Of a stretch of DNA of 64,000 nt, positions 1-13,470 are shown piece by piece. Within the stretch, counting starts at the first letter, position 1. The number at the start of each line of letters is the position of its first letter. This DNA comes from Eukaryota sp. GEM-RC1 (lineage: Eukaryota): NCBI GenBank assembly GCA_040285855.1, contig JAUFOQ010000002.1, forward strand, positions 3,658,001 through 3,722,000. Direction: 5' to 3'. A program made the translations under genes and the position numbers. Below the pieces are notes generated by a model that did no database searches, had not been told where the DNA came from, and saw nothing but the letters and a program-made list of their open reading frames with translations.

Positions 1-131
1 GGTATTTTATCACAAAAAGTGAGACTAATTTCCAATCGAGTTTAGTTTCAGTTTAAAGTGTTACAACATGGAAACTAGTCTGAGTGAGACTAATTACTAT
101 GTGAGACTAATTTCCAATACAGACTAATTAC

Positions 132-1736
132 CAAAATTTAATTGATAGTCTTGACTCCAATTTGTGGTCAGATTTATTTCCTGTGTGGGTAACAGAAATT
201 CAGCAGAGAAGCATTTTCTCTTTGCCTTTGTGTGTTCGTAAGTTACAGAGAGAGGTCTGTTTTGTTTCACGAAAGCTTGGACCTTAAAAACCGTATTAGC
301 TTGGCTAAGACTAAGAGTCCCGCTTTTTGTGCTTTTTTTGAATCATATTTCTTCAACCGCTGCGTCTTCTTTTGTTTCTCGTTTGCCACGAAAATTTTGT
401 TTTAATCTTAAGGATCATGAATGGCTTATAAACATGAGACTTAGGTTAGGTTTAGGGCCTTCAGTTCTTTTGAAGCATTCTCCATGTCTTTGTGGTCGTT
501 CAAAGGCCTCAAATTTTCATCATTTAGTTAACTGTCATCAATTTAGTCATTTTCGATCAATTATTCACAACAGTATCCGAGATACATGTTTGGATATGTT
601 TAAGGCTAATGGTTTTCATTGGAAAAATGGAACCTTTACTTGCTAATCTTTCTGATCAGCCAAAAGTTGATAGAAGTCGTGGTGATTTGATTGGTTCTTG
701 GTTATGTTGTCAGGAAATTATCATGGATTTCACGACTGTTGATCCTTGTAATTCAAGATCAATTTCCAAAATATTTGATGATGAATTTTCTGCTCTTGAA
801 GTGGCTGAAAAAGGTAAAAATACAAAGTACTGTCACTTAATTAACCAATTGACTGTTGACAGGTACAATTCTTTTGTGTTTCAACCATTTGCGATGTCGA
901 TATACGGTAATATTGGACCAGCAGCACAAGGTTTTTTAACTTCCTTTGGTAAATTGTGTTCTGCGTATGGTAAAGTTTTCAATGAAAATTTTTGGTTGAG
1001 TAGGATAACTTTTGTGTTGTTTCGTTCAATGCACAGATATTTTAATTCAATTTTAGGTAAGTTGTTCGGTGATGGACAGAAGGATCATAGTTTAGATACA
1101 TTAGTTATTAACTTCTGCAAATGCATTTTTTCACTGACTGATCATAAACATGGAACGCAAATGTTCCGTACCGCGGCGATTTTAGGCGTACCGTACCGTA
1201 CGTACATACGTCCGGTACAAGTACCGGCACTGTTCTTTGACCGACTAAAAATAATTATTACTATTTTGAACACGGTGATTCAATGTGAGATTTTAACAGT
1301 TATCATCGTCATAAATTCTACCGTTACACATTGCTCAGGATATCAATATCCTATTGTCACACTTTTTCACATTTAGGTTACGGCATTTGCTGACCACAAC
1401 TTCCCCAAACTGACATTTTCTTCGTATGAAGCTGAGCAACCGGTCGAAATCATCAATAGTAGTTACGTCTTCGAATCACAATGCGTTTAACGAGTGACTA
1501 CGACGTAATATAACAATGATAAAGGACCCCAAAAACCCACGGACTGGATTTCTAAACGATCGGAAAATGCAGTAGCAATTTGCACCGAATCTTCGTACTC
1601 AAAAACATTAATTGTAAATCCATTTAGATTATTCATAATTAGACTTTATATACAAATCAATTGACATCGGTAGGGATAAAAGTAATCGGTACGTACCAAA
1701 GACTTGCGCACATTGATCATAAACCCCGTTTTTTTT
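132..1736 (+). mobile_element. 5'-truncated CRE-like RLE non-LTR retroelement (family A), ending in CCCCG-T8 and interrupted by a hAT-like MITE
   Basis: Zinc knuckle CLCG..HLVNC..IIHNSIRD. RLE motifs EP..RGDLI..DFTTVDP..AEKGKNTKY..FQPFAMSIYGNIG. The 3' end gatcataaaccccgtttttttt is restored when 1149-1715 is removed. Confidence 0.9.
1149..1715. mobile_element. Non-autonomous hAT-like MITE (~567 bp); second copy at 9081-9648
   Basis: 8-bp TSD ATCATAAA (1141-1148, 1716-1723). Degenerate CA..TG TIRs (CATGGAACGCAA / rc CAATGTGCGCAA). Subterminal CGTAC/GTACCG repeats. The empty site matches the family A copy at 17080-17100. Confidence 0.8.
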
Positions 1737-1788
1737 GATTAGTGTACTGATTGGACTCACTGGCAAAACCAAGAAATTCTAAACCTTT

Positions 1789-2764
1789 ATGGCTCAGTAC
1801 GGTCAGATCGGCAGCTTTACAGAAGCGGATACCACCCGAAAAGCAGATCCGATTCAGTTGGGGCCCATATCTGGATCACTTGCATGTTTGTTGTTTATTG
1901 GTTGTTTCCTATACTTATTGCTTAGAGGCCTACCTTTTGGTCGTGTCGACTATGACGCAACTCTTCTTCCCCAGACAACTTTAGTTCTTACTAAAATGAC
2001 AAACAACTATGCAAAAGCTCTCACTATTATGGGTGTGGACAAAGGTGATGCTTATCTCTGTAATTCACCACCACTCAAGTTTGAGAAACTAAACTACAGC
2101 TTAGCAATCCAAGTGGATGCATCAGGGAAGTACCAGCTTCCCTTCAACTTCAATCAACACTCTATGATGACATTAGAAATCCAAACTGTACTGGGGATAT
2201 ACATAATTAAAGGGTTTGGCACTCTGCAAGCCTTTAGAACCAACAATCTAGATTTTGCAGTCTATGATTATGTCAAACCAAACACAGCCGATAAGAAAGT
2301 CATCCATATTCGTTATGCAGACTACTATTTCTTGGCATTCGATTCAAGGAGGTATGGATAGACTTTCGTTTCATCATAGTCCTTATAGCATTACTGGACG
2401 TGTGGAAATTGAAGCCACTCTACATGACCTCACTGATTGTGAACATGTATGTAAGTTTAACCCAGATGAACACTGTACAATCGAGCTTAAGGGGAAACCT
2501 AGTACACTTACTCCCGTACTTAAAGGATCTGATGATCTAACATACTGGCCTGTTTTAAAGTTTGGTGTTGCTCGGGTAATGACTATGCTTAGAGTGTTAG
2601 AAATATTATCACTTGTCTTGCCAGTCTTTGGGGGTTGTGGGTTGTTCCTTTATTCTATTAACTGGTGTTTAAACAATCGACTTAGAAAGTCTGGACTGCC
2701 AACAACAACTACCAGTCCATTATTGATGCATGCTAATGAAACATCCACTTTGTTGCACAGGTAA
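1789..2764 (+). CDS. Hypothetical membrane protein (~315 aa, N- and C-terminal hydrophobic segments), one 28-nt intron at 2352-2379
   Basis: ORFs 1789..2361 and 2255..2764 join in frame when gtatggatagactttcgtttcatcatag is removed (..FDSRS PYSITGR..). Hydrophobic stretches SLACLLFIGCFLYLLL and ILSLVLPVFGGCGLFLY. Confidence 0.75.
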
Positions 2765-2930
2765 TTCTATTGGAGATATTTACCTCATTATTAAATTATT
2801 TAGATAATCATTACTTTCTCTAAAGATATTATGATTTTATGTTATAAATTATCGAAATACAAAAACTACATTGTAGCAGTGTTCGAAATTTCTCACATGT
2901 TTTTTAAAAAGACGCCGTGTCGGTGTTAAC

Positions 2931-3615
2931 CAGGGCCTACGGAAAAATATTTAAATAAAATATGGCGAACTTTTTCTTGAATAAATAAATATGAGTTATT
3001 GCCGATGAAGAAAATAAATAATTGCAATTATTTAAATTATTTATTCAATGGAAACAAGGATGCTACAACACTTCACAAACGTGATTTAACACGAACACTA
3101 GTACCTCTCCAGGTTTTTGTGTTCTTATAACTGCCCAGATAGGTTTCAGTGTTAAGAAGGAATGATTTTATTGTAGACACAGTGTTCTATTCAACGAGAA
3201 TGTGGTCAAACCAAAGCGATGTTTTCCGAACAACAGCAAACACATATTCACATATTTGGAAAGTTTCAGGGTTGGAAGAATACAATCAATGCCACGGGAT
3301 TAGCGGTTTTGTGTTACGATGAGTAGAACTTTTTAAACCAATTTGGTCGGGCTCTATTTCGATAGAGGAATGAACTTTGTCAAGCCCAGAAAGGAAAAAC
3401 GCCTTGTATTTACACAAGATACCATCAATATTTACAAAGGAGCTACCAAGATCACTACATCATCTCATATTCATGCTGAATTCAAAGAGACAGTTTAAAA
3501 TCGAATCAAAAATAGTTTCGGAAGTATACGCTTCTCTACTGCAATGAGTTCTGTATCTAGTCTCAGTACATGATAAAGACCGTACTGAGTTGCAAATTTG
3601 ACGGACTGCAACATT
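2931..3615 (+). mobile_element. Right-truncated copy of the hAT MITE found intact at 43291-44154 (duplicate at 10865-11550)
   Basis: Begins with TIR cagggcctacggaaaaatattt and matches 43291-43980 closely. No right TIR. Confidence 0.9.
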
Positions 3616-4209
3616 TATAGCCAGAGAACAACTGGGAACCAGATCTATGAAAACTATGGATATCGTCGACCACTTTCAAGAAAGAACTCAAAAGTTGGGA
3701 CATGACATTGAAGGGAGAAAAAGGAATGGAGGGAGAGAATCCATAAAAATGGATATGAATATGATATGCATTTATTTTGAAAAGCACTGGTCATACTTCT
3801 CATTTCCATATTCATCTCCATTTTTTTGGTTTCTGAGGCTTATGTCCTACTTTTGGCTCTTGAAACCTCCAAGAATCACCAAAACACATGCTTTGGAGGT
3901 CATATGCTTGATATTTTGAGTAAATCCCTCTCCGGTTTATCTCAAATCTACTTCCTGTATCAACTGTTCTTATACGACTGAAACATAGTCTCCGGTGTAG
4001 CTATATCTGTAGCCCTAGAAGCAAGAAGCTCTTAGCGAATGAAGATGTAATCGACTTCGTCTCTAGAAGTACCGAATCTGCATTGCTTGATCTCCTCCCT
4101 ACATATACGTTGTATTCATGTTCTTATGGTGGACATTTTTTCTTGTGTTTATATATATAAGAGTCATATCAACAATTTTGACCGTTTTCCCTGCACCTTC
4201 CATTTCATC

Positions 4210-5289
4210 ATGCCCTTCACTTCTGACGTACTTTTGGCTCTTAGAACAATCAACGATCTCCGCTCCTTAAAAACACACGCTTCGGAAGACACTCGAGTGC
4301 GTGCTTGTGCTGCTTACTTTTTCTTGAATTTTCATCAAGAAGAAATTGCTCGCACTTATAGCGTATCACAATCTACTGTTTCTCGATGGCTGAAAGATTG
4401 CCTTGATTCTGATAGAGTTGAAACTCGTGGAAGGGAAGAAACTATTTACTGATGATGAAGTATCGACACTCTTGGAAGTTGTGAAGACTTCGCCATTGAT
4501 ATTTTTGCATGAAATTCAGCGAACCGCACACACCTACTTTGGAAAGTCGACATCTTTGCCAACACTATGTAGGGTTTTGAAAAGAGCTGGATTCAGTCAT
4601 AAATCAGCGACCTCAATTCTTCACAAAACAAAGTTACAATTGATACTTACTTTTGAACAGAAACTACATGTGCATGTAGGTTTTGTACTACAGGAACAAT
4701 TGCTCTTTGTAGATGAAATTTCCTTTAGACAGGAACATTTTCAACGATTGTTTGGTTGGTCTCCTAAATCTAAGCCTGTGTTAGGAACTAAGAGAAAATT
4801 CCCAGAACGTCAATTATCATTGGTAGTCGCTATAGATGCAAACGGTTACGTCACTTCTTTCCTTCAAGAAGGTCACTTTAACCGTCTTGGCTTTGTTGAT
4901 TTTCTTTCTCATCTCTTATCATCCGGGATTACTTCTCGATTTCCAGCTCGACGTTCTGTCATCGTCTTAGATGGTTGTAACATTCACCGAAGCTTAGATA
5001 TTTATGAAGCTATGAAAAAACGGGTATTAAGTATTTTATATTACCCCCGTATTCGCCTGAGTGTAACCCGATTGAGACATTCTTTAGCATGTTACGTGGA
5101 CGAATAAGAAATTTGGCACATCAATTTCCGAGTGCATCTTCGGCTGAGCTGATTAGAACGGGATTAGAAAGTTTGAGAGGGTACAATTGTCGAGCGCTAT
5201 TCAACAAAGCTGGATGGAAACAAAGATGTGTTTATCGTTCACCCTATTTGAGTGACGAACAGCTGTCTGAATATGTAGAATTCGAGTAA
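4210..5289 (+). mobile_element. Tc1/IS630-family DDE transposase (about DD34E), frameshifted
   Basis: N-terminal HTH (QEEIARTYSVSQSTVSRWL), second HTH (SLPTLCRVLKRAGFS), and LLFVDE, VLDGCNIH, LPPYSPECNPIE across three frames. TIRs not found. Confidence 0.88.
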
Positions 5290-5531
5290 TACACTTTTCT
5301 AGCAGAAATCTTAGAACAATCAATAAAAACGCCAACAGATCCACAAGTTGCTGCTGTAGATAAAACAATTGAAAGATGTAGACATCAAAAGACGGACAGA
5401 TATGTAGATGTGAAATGTTGAAGTACATGAAGAGTTGACTTACTTGTGATCCACTACATGTAAAATCTGCATTAAACGAATACAAATCAAATAGTAAATC
5501 CAGATGTACAGTCAAAAACATATTTATCTGT

Positions 5532-5987
5532 CTAATTAGGATTCAATAGGTGCGAATTTACTATGTCTTCTGTTGCTTTAAAATTTAGTCTAGCACCAGC
5601 AGGTAAAACTGAACGCTGTGGAGGAGACACGTGAAGACAGAGCATAAAGTTCGCCATGTCGGCTTTAAGTTGGAGAATTAAACTACTTCTAAAGTCTCTC
5701 ACCTGGTCTTCAATTTGAGCAAGTCGTTGGTTCATAAATTGGATAACTTGGTCAGATGAAGTAAGTTCCAATTCAGTAAATTCAGTAGAAGGATTGTGCT
5801 GTGCATACTTCATTATTTCAGAGGGAATATCATTGACATCTTTAACCTCTCCAGACTCATACATAAGTTTTAGTTTCATCCAAGCATGGTTCGGAAGAGA
5901 CAGAGACGGATGTACACATTGGAGGTCTTCGATGCTAATAGAACGCCTCTCCTTTTCTTGAATAGCTTTACGAAAGAACTGGAACAT
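5532..5987 (-). CDS. Hypothetical protein, convergent with the Tc1 transposase
   Basis: 151-aa ORF with plausible composition and a coiled-coil-like segment. No recognised domain. Confidence 0.35.
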   Translation of the reverse strand: MFQFFRKAIQEKERRSISIEDLQCVHPSLSLPNHAWMKLKLMYESGEVKDVNDIPSEIMKYAQHNPSTEFTELELTSSDQVIQFMNQRLAQIEDQVRDFRSSLILQLKADMANFMLCLHVSPPQRSVLPAGARLNFKATEDIVNSHLLNPN

Positions 5988-6389
5988 CTGTTTGTCTACA
6001 TTTGGAGCAATACGAATTAATAAAAAATCTTGACTGTTCAGCCACTTCCTGAGGTTACTATTCTGAGGTTTTTATTCTGTTTCTGGTGTTAAACAAGTAG
6101 AACATTTTGGTCAATTTTTGTTTCGCTATTCAACCAATACTGAAAAACAAAGCCAAAGAGCACTGTACAAACTTAGAAATTGTAACTTATCTAGCCAACT
6201 CTTCGTATGATTGGATTTCGGGTTGCTGCTTTGCATTATACTACTGGACTTCAAAAGAAGTGCAGAAATTTTGTTTTGGTTGCCAATGCATTCGAAACTT
6301 TTCTTTCAATATGTAGTTTTTTGTGTGGATATAATGACATAAATAGTCTAAAACTCAATATCATCACAGTAAGATTCCTTAGAATCGAT

Positions 6390-7230
6390 TTTTGTTGAAG
6401 CTTTGTCTTCATAATACACACTGACGGCTAATAAAGCGCTAGAAATCATTGTGGGAACTGCTTTTAGAATTTTAAAGACAATTCTACTAAAAAGAGCGGT
6501 CAAAATATTTTGTTAGTTCTATGAGCAACAACCTTTGCAAAATCATCTAAGAACTTCTTGGCTAATTTACCAAAACGACCATACATAGAAATCGTAAGTG
6601 ATTATTCAACGTGAACAATGTATTATGGGTCATCGAGTAGCATACCTTCTTTGCTTGATATTTTCTGTATTGTCTAGAGGTGAAACTTCCTTTGCAACTA
6701 ATAAGTCACAACTTTTCTTGCAAACATCCACTGAAACAACATCAATCACTGATAATGATTAAGAAGAAGAAGGTATAATAAGGTCAGCACGCCTTTGTCC
6801 TAAAGTATTTTCTTTTTGGTTAGTTGATTGATGTAAAGCGATCTAAGCAATGGTTCAATTAATGATTCAATTTTGTAAGATTTGCACATATCATGCAGTT
6901 GATCTCTTACTGGGTCATGGACAGAACATCGATTGGTAATGTAATGCGAACAAGAAAACTGATGAGACAACGTCTGCGGTTGTTTAGATTGACAATAACT
7001 ATCATTCGGTAGATTATGAAGCCATAATAACATCTTAAACGCACGCTAATGGTCCATTGATGATCGTTCAATAACATTTCATAAATGTGCGGAACTTGAT
7101 TGAGAAAAGCGGATGCAGAGCTATCTTGCAAATCTGACAAGAAAAATTGCGAATAAATGATTATTTTGCTTAGCCGAGCTAATGAGAATAACACAATCCA
7201 AACTTTCAAAACGAATTGATTACTGATAGC
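6390..7230 (-). mobile_element. Degenerate CRE-like RLE retroelement 3' fragment (family E-like)
   Basis: DSSASAFLNQVP..DHQW..RLRC and FSCSHYITNR..HDPVRDQLHDMCKSYKIES.IEPLLRSL, similar to 46680-48300. Confidence 0.85.
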
Positions 7231-7547
7231 CAAAGATCGTCTAATTTATGGGCTATGATATCTTAGAGGCTTGTAGTGATGATGGTTATGAAGTAATTGC
7301 TGTTGAGAATGCTGAAGTTTCATCTGCACTTGTGGTTTTGTAGTGTGCTATTTACACCCTAATTGATAATTTGATTTTAATTAGGATGCATTGGTTGACT
7401 ATGCATCTTTATCCCCAAGTTATTTCTCAAGTCAAGTCATTTTGCTCAAGTCGACAAGGTATGATTTGACTTGACTTGAGTCATTGAACAACCCTAATCA
7501 TTGCACATTTTTACTAGTGAAATTGCAAAACGAAATAGGAATCCCTA

Positions 7548-9677
7548 CACTAATCATGGTAATTAGTCTCACTCAGACTAATTAACATGTAAGACTAATG
7601 AGCATGTTAGAAAATTAGTCTCACTCAGACTAATTATCATTGTTGTAAATTAGTCTCACCTCAAAAAATATTTGATGTCATTCATTAAGATCAATAGCGG
7701 AGGAAAACATTCGTCCAATGCGTCTGCTTGATTTACTTCCACAACAATTATATTAGGATGGACAATCCAACCAGAAGGATGTGCTAAAATAAGCTCATTT
7801 TTGAAAAACGACGTCCTGACTCAATTTCTTGCCTTGTAAACACAAATATCAGCGGAAATGTTATTCATAGGAAAATAGAAGTAATATCGAGGTGGTTCAG
7901 TATTTGTATTCGTCGAATGTTGTTCTATTTTATAGGTATTTTATCACAAAAAGTGAGACTAATTTCCAATCGAGTTTAGTTTCAGTTTAAAGTGTTACAA
8001 CATGGAAACTAGTCTGAGTGAGACTAATTACTATGTGAGACTAATTTCCAATACAGACTAATTACCAAAATTTAATTGATAGTCTTGACTCCAATTTGTG
8101 GTCAGATTTATTTCCTGTGTGGGTAACAGAAATTCAGCAGAGAAGCATTTTCTCTTTGCCTTTGTGTGTTCGTAAGTTACAGAGAGAGGTCTGTTTTGTT
8201 TCACGAAAGCTTGGACCTTAAAAACCGTATTAGCTTGGCTAAGACTAAGAGTCCCACTTTTTGTGCTTTTTTGAATCATATTTCTTCAACCGCTGCGTCT
8301 TCTTTTGTTTCTCGTTTGCCACGAAAATTTTGTTTTAATCTTAAGGATCATGAATGGCTTATAAACATGAGACTTAGGTTAGGTTTAGGGCCTTCAGTTC
8401 TTTTGAAGCATTCTCCATGTCTTTGTGGTCGTTCAAAGGCCTCAAATTTTCATCATTTAGTTAACTGTCATCAATTTAGTCATTTTCGATCAATTATTCA
8501 CAACAGTATCCGAGATACATGTTTGGATATGTTTAAGGCTAATGGTTTTCATTGGAAAAATGGAACCTTTACTTGCTAATCTTTCTGATCAGCCAAAAGT
8601 TGATAGAAGTCGTGGTGATTTGATTGGTTCTTGGTTATGTTGTCAGGAAATTATCATGGATTTCACGACTGTTGATCCTTGTAATTCAAGATCAATTTCC
8701 AAAATATTTGATGATGAATTTTCTGCTCTTGAAGTGGCTGAAAAAGGTAAAAATACAAAGTACTGTCACTTAATTAACCAATTGACTGTTGACAGGTACA
8801 ATTCTTTTGTGTTTCAACCATTTGCGATGTCGATATACGGTAATATTGGACCAGCAGCACAAGGTTTTTAACTTCCTTTGGTAAATTGTGTTCTGCGTAT
8901 GGTAAAGTTTTCAATGAAAATTTTTGGTTGAGTAGGATAACTTTTGTGTTGTTTCGTTCAATGCACAGATATTTTAATTCAATTTTAGGTAAGTTGTTCG
9001 GTGATGGACAGAAGGATCATAGTTTAGATACATTAGTTATTAACTTCTGCAAATGCATTTTTTCACTGACTGATCATAAACATGGAACGCAAATGTTCCG
9101 TACCGCGGCGATTTTAGGCGTACCGTACCGTACGTACATACGTCCGGTACAAGTACCGGCACTGTTCTTTTGACCGACTAAAAATAATTATTACTATTTT
9201 GAACACGGTGATTCAATGTGAGATTTTAACAGTTATCATCGTCATAAATTCTACCGTTACACATTGCTCAGGATATCAATATCCTATTGTCACACTTTTT
9301 CACATTTAGGTTACGGCATTTGCTGACCACAACTTCCCCAAACTGACATTTTCTTCGTATGAAGCTGAGCAACCGGTCGAAATCATCAATAGTAGTTACG
9401 TCTTCGAATCACAATGCGTTTAACGAGTGACTACGACGTAATATAACAATGATAAAGGACCCCAAAAACCCACGGACTGGATTTCTAAACGATCGGAAAA
9501 TGCAGTAGCAATTTGCACCGAATCTTCGTACTCAAAAACATTAATTGTAAATCCATTTAGATTATTCATAATTAGACTTTATATACAAATCAATTGACAT
9601 CGGTAGGGATAAAAGTAATCGGTACGTACCAAAGACTTGCGCACATTGATCATAAACCCCGTTTTTTTTGATTAGTG
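7548..9677. mobile_element. TA-flanked DNA transposon MITE (CACT.. TIR) whose right TIR is split by the family A retroelement; right part also at 1-1744
   Basis: Left end TA|CACTAATCATGGTAATTAGTCT (7546-7569). Right end AGACTAATTACCA..[insert]..(T)GATTAGTG|TA (to 9679). Many inverted subterminal ATTAGTCTCA / TGAGACTAAT repeats. Confidence 0.8.
8066..9669 (+). mobile_element. CRE-like family A fragment with T8 tail (duplicate), containing the hAT MITE at 9081-9648
   Basis: Same motifs as 132-1736. Ends ccccgtttttttt at 9669. Confidence 0.9.
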
Positions 9678-9721
9678 TACTGATTGGACTCACTGGCAAA
9701 ACCAAGAAATTCTAAACCTTT

Positions 9722-10697
9722 ATGGCTCAGTACGGTCAGATCGGCAGCTTTACAGAAGCGGATACCACCCGAAAAGCAGATCCGATTCAGTTGGGGCCCA
9801 TATCTGGATCACTTGCATGTTTGTTGTTTATTGGTTGTTTCCTATACTTATTGCTTAGAGGCCTACCTTTTGGTCGTGTCGACTATGACGCAACTCTTCT
9901 TCCCCAGACAACTTTAGTTCTTACTAAAATGACAAACAACTATGCAAAAGCTCTCACTATTATGGGTGTGGACAAAGGTGATGCTTATCTCTGTAATTCA
10001 CCACCACTCAAGTTTGAGAAACTAAACTACAGCTTAGCAATCCAAGTGGATGCATCAGGGAAGTACCAGCTTCCCTTCAACTTCAATCAACACTCTATGA
10101 TGACATTAGAAATCCAAACTGTACTGGGGATATACATAATTAAAGGGTTTGGCACTCTGCAAGCCTTTAGAACCAACAATCTAGATTTTGCAGTCTATGA
10201 TTATGTCAAACCAAACACAGCCGATAAGAAAGTCATCCATATTCGTTATGCAGACTACTATTTCTTGGCATTCGATTCAAGGAGGTATGGATAGACTTTC
10301 GTTTCATCATAGTCCTTATAGCATTACTGGACGTGTGGAAATTGAAGCCACTCTACATGACCTCACTGATTGTGAACATGTATGTAAGTTTAACCCAGAT
10401 GAACACTGTACAATCGAGCTTAAGGGGAAACCTAGTACACTTACTCCCGTACTTAAAGGATCTGATGATCTAACATACTGGCCTGTTTTAAAGTTTGGTG
10501 TTGCTCGGGTAATGACTATGCTTAGAGTGTTAGAAATATTATCACTTGTCTTGCCAGTCTTTGGGGGTTGTGGGTTGTTCCTTTATTCTATTAACTGGTG
10601 TTTAAACAATCGACTTAGAAAGTCTGGACTGCCAACAACAACTACCAGTCCATTATTGATGCATGCTAATGAAACATCCACTTTGTTGCACAGGTAA
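9722..10697 (+). CDS. Duplicate of the hypothetical membrane protein (intron 10285-10312)
   Basis: Translation identical to 1789-2764. Confidence 0.75.
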
Positions 10698-11949
10698 TTC
10701 TATTGGAGATATTTACCTCATTATTAAATTATTTAGATAATCATTACTTTCTCTAAAGATATTATGATTTTATGTTATAAATTATCGAAATACAAAAAAC
10801 TACATTGTAGCAGTGTTCGAAATTTCTCACATGTTTTTTAAAAAGACGCCGTGTCGGTGTTAACCAGGGCCTACGGAAAAATATTTAAATAAAATATGGC
10901 GAACTTTTTCTTGAATAAATAAATATGAGTTATTGCCGATGAAGAAAATAAATAATTGCAATTATTTAAATTATTTATTCAATGGAAACAAGGATGCTAC
11001 AACACTTCACAAACGTGATTTAACACGAACACTAGTACCTCTCCAGGTTTTTTGTGTTCTTATAACTGCCCAGATAGGTTTCAGTGTTAAGAAGGAATGA
11101 TTTTATTGTAGACACAGTGTTCTATTCAACGAGAATGTGGTCAAACCAAAGCGATGTTTTCCGAACAACAGCAAACACATATTCACATATTTGGAAAGTT
11201 TCAGGGTTGGAAGAATACAATCAATGCCACGGGATTAGCGGTTTTGTGTTACGATGAGTAGAACTTTTTAAACCAATTTGGTCGGGCTCTATTTCGATAG
11301 AGGAATGAACTTTGTCAAGCCCAGAAAGGAAAAACGCCTTGTATTTACACAAGATACCATCAATATTTACAAAGGAGCTACCAAGATCACTACATCATCT
11401 CATATTCATGCTGAATTCAAAGAGACAGTTTAAAATCGAATCAAAAATAGTTTCGGAAGTATACGCTTCTCTACTGCAATGAGTTCTGTATCTAGTCTCA
11501 GTACATGATAAAGACCGTACTGAGTTGCAAATTTGACGGACTGCAACATTTATAGCCAGAGAACAACTGGGAACCAGATCTATGAAAACTATGGATATCG
11601 TCGACCACTTTCAAGAAAGAACTCAAAAGTTGGGACATGACATTGAAGGGAGAAAAAGGAATGGAGGGAGAGAATCCATAAAAATGGATATGAATATGAT
11701 ATGCATTTATTTTGAAAAGCACTGGTCATACTTCTCATTTCCATATTCATCTCCATTTTTTTGGTTTCTGAGGCTTATGTCCTACTTTTGGCTCTTGAAA
11801 CCTCCAAGAATCACCAAAACACATGCTTTGGAGGTCATATGCTTGATATTTTGAGTAAATCCCTCTCCGGTTTATCTCAAATCTACTTCCTGTATCAACT
11901 GTTCTTATACGACTGAAACATAGTCTCCAGTGTAGCTATGTCAGGATTT

Positions 11950-13020
11950 TTATTTTTCTATACACTTCTACTTTTATAGAACAAAAACAGTAAGATCCTC
12001 AAACCAACCCTCCTACCTGCAAAAACCGCTGTGAAACTTCTTACCGAAATCATTACACAAATCCTTAACCGACTAAAAGAAATTAATAGCTGTGTACTTA
12101 AATTTCCATATAAAGAAATTCCAAACAGTTGGAAAACTAAAGCATTGTGTCTTTGAGAGTTTAACTTTTCAAAACAATCCATGTATCGAAAATCTGTCTT
12201 GTCTTCAGCATGGTCAATGGCCGAAAATTCATCATTAAATACATTTTTGTTAGAAGTAGAATTACAAGGATCAACTGTAGTAAAGTCCAGTACAATTTCT
12301 TGAGAATTCCTTCAAGCTCCAATTAAATCACCACGACTTTTGTTCTGAATAACGGAATCAGAAAATGCAGATAAAAGAGGTTCAACTTTGCTGTGGAAAC
12401 TATTAGATCTGAACATAGATAAACACTGACCACGATCACTGTTGCGGATTACAGATCTCATATGAATTAATTTGCTACCAATAGCAACATGATTGAACGT
12501 GGCATTCATAGACTTTGAACAAATGGTATAAGACTTTTGTAATAATAATCCATTGGTCCAGAGACCAAATCTTAGTCGCATCTTTACCAGCCATTGATGA
12601 TGTTTTAGATTAAAACAAAATTGCTGAGGATGACGAGTAACCAGTGCTGAAGCAGAATCGCTAGAAACATCCATCAAGAATGCAAAAAAGCGGGACGATC
12701 AATTTTAGCCAATCTGAACGATTTTTAAAATCCAAGCTTTCGTGATAACTGATGAATTTTGTCTGAAGTTTGCAAACACACATTGGTCTCAAGTGATCTC
12801 AACAGTGGCTCAACAAAAGATTCGATTGGTAGAGCTTACACATTGCATGAATTTGATCTCTGACTGAATCATGTATGCCAATTCGATATGTAATGAAATG
12901 ATTACAACTCAAAAGTTGAGAAAAAGTAGCTAATTGACCACATTTACATTCAAAATCATTAGGTAAATTGGAGGGCCACAAGAAACATCGTAGTCTAAAT
13001 GTTATCTGGATTTAGAATCC
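11950..13020 (-). mobile_element. Two adjacent degenerate CRE-like RLE fragments
   Basis: FCFNLKHHQWLVKMRLRFG..KVEPLLS..SRGDLIG and WPSNLPNDFECKCG..CNHFITYR..HDSVRDQ. Confidence 0.85.
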
Positions 13021-13289
13021 ATAGGTTTAATTAGAGTGATCTCTATTTTTATTGTTGTCTGGTCTTTTGTGGAGAAAGTCATTTTCTAAAAAAAAGATTG
13101 CACACACGTACACAAAGAAACGTGTTTTCCCAGCACTGTTTTGCTTCAAATACGATGCAGGCAGATTGAGCATGAATGAATTCAAGTCCATTTGCGATCT
13201 CACTTTACAGTAGAATTCTTGGAAGGGCTGTTTAAATCGTCGCTTATTTTTAATAGCTGATGTTGTCATCATAAGTTCAGTTTTGTCCA

Positions 13290-13470
13290 TATACTGGAAC
13301 ATGCCTTCTCGATGCCTTGAGAAACTGTACAAGTTTGGTGTGAAGGTTCATGTTGAAAAACGTAATCTTTTACCGGATATGGATGAAGTCGTTTGGATTT
13401 AATCTTAGTATTGTTTGTTTGTTTGTTTTTTCCATATTTATATTTTCGTAGGAAGGGTGCCTTTTTTTCG
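13290..13470 (+). mobile_element. CRE-like family D 3'-end fragment (related fragments at ~23340-23590 and ~35530-35780)
   Basis: gagaaactgtacaagtttggtgtgaaggtt...gatgaagtcgtttggatttaa matches the C-terminus EKLYKFGVKVNV..DEVVWI of ORF 44361..44903. Confidence 0.8.

Larger units (their letters stand above)
1..4005 (+). repeat. Segmental direct duplication, copy 1 (copy 2 at 7935-11939); probably extends left of the window
   Basis: ggtattttatcacaaaaagtgag at 1 recurs at 7935. ORFs are identical at an offset of ~7933-7935. Similarity ends after tgtagctat (~4005 / 11939). The differences I saw are homopolymer indels and a couple of substitutions. Confidence 0.97.
7935..11939 (+). repeat. Segmental direct duplication, copy 2
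   Basis: Near-identical to 1-4005. Confidence 0.97.

Noticed and set aside
7440..7500. Hairpin ctcaagtcaagtca / tgacttgacttgag and aaccctaa as an ncRNA or telomeric seed
   Set aside because: It looks like the subterminal repeats and TAGGG-type end of another MITE remnant. No partner TIR or TSD was found.
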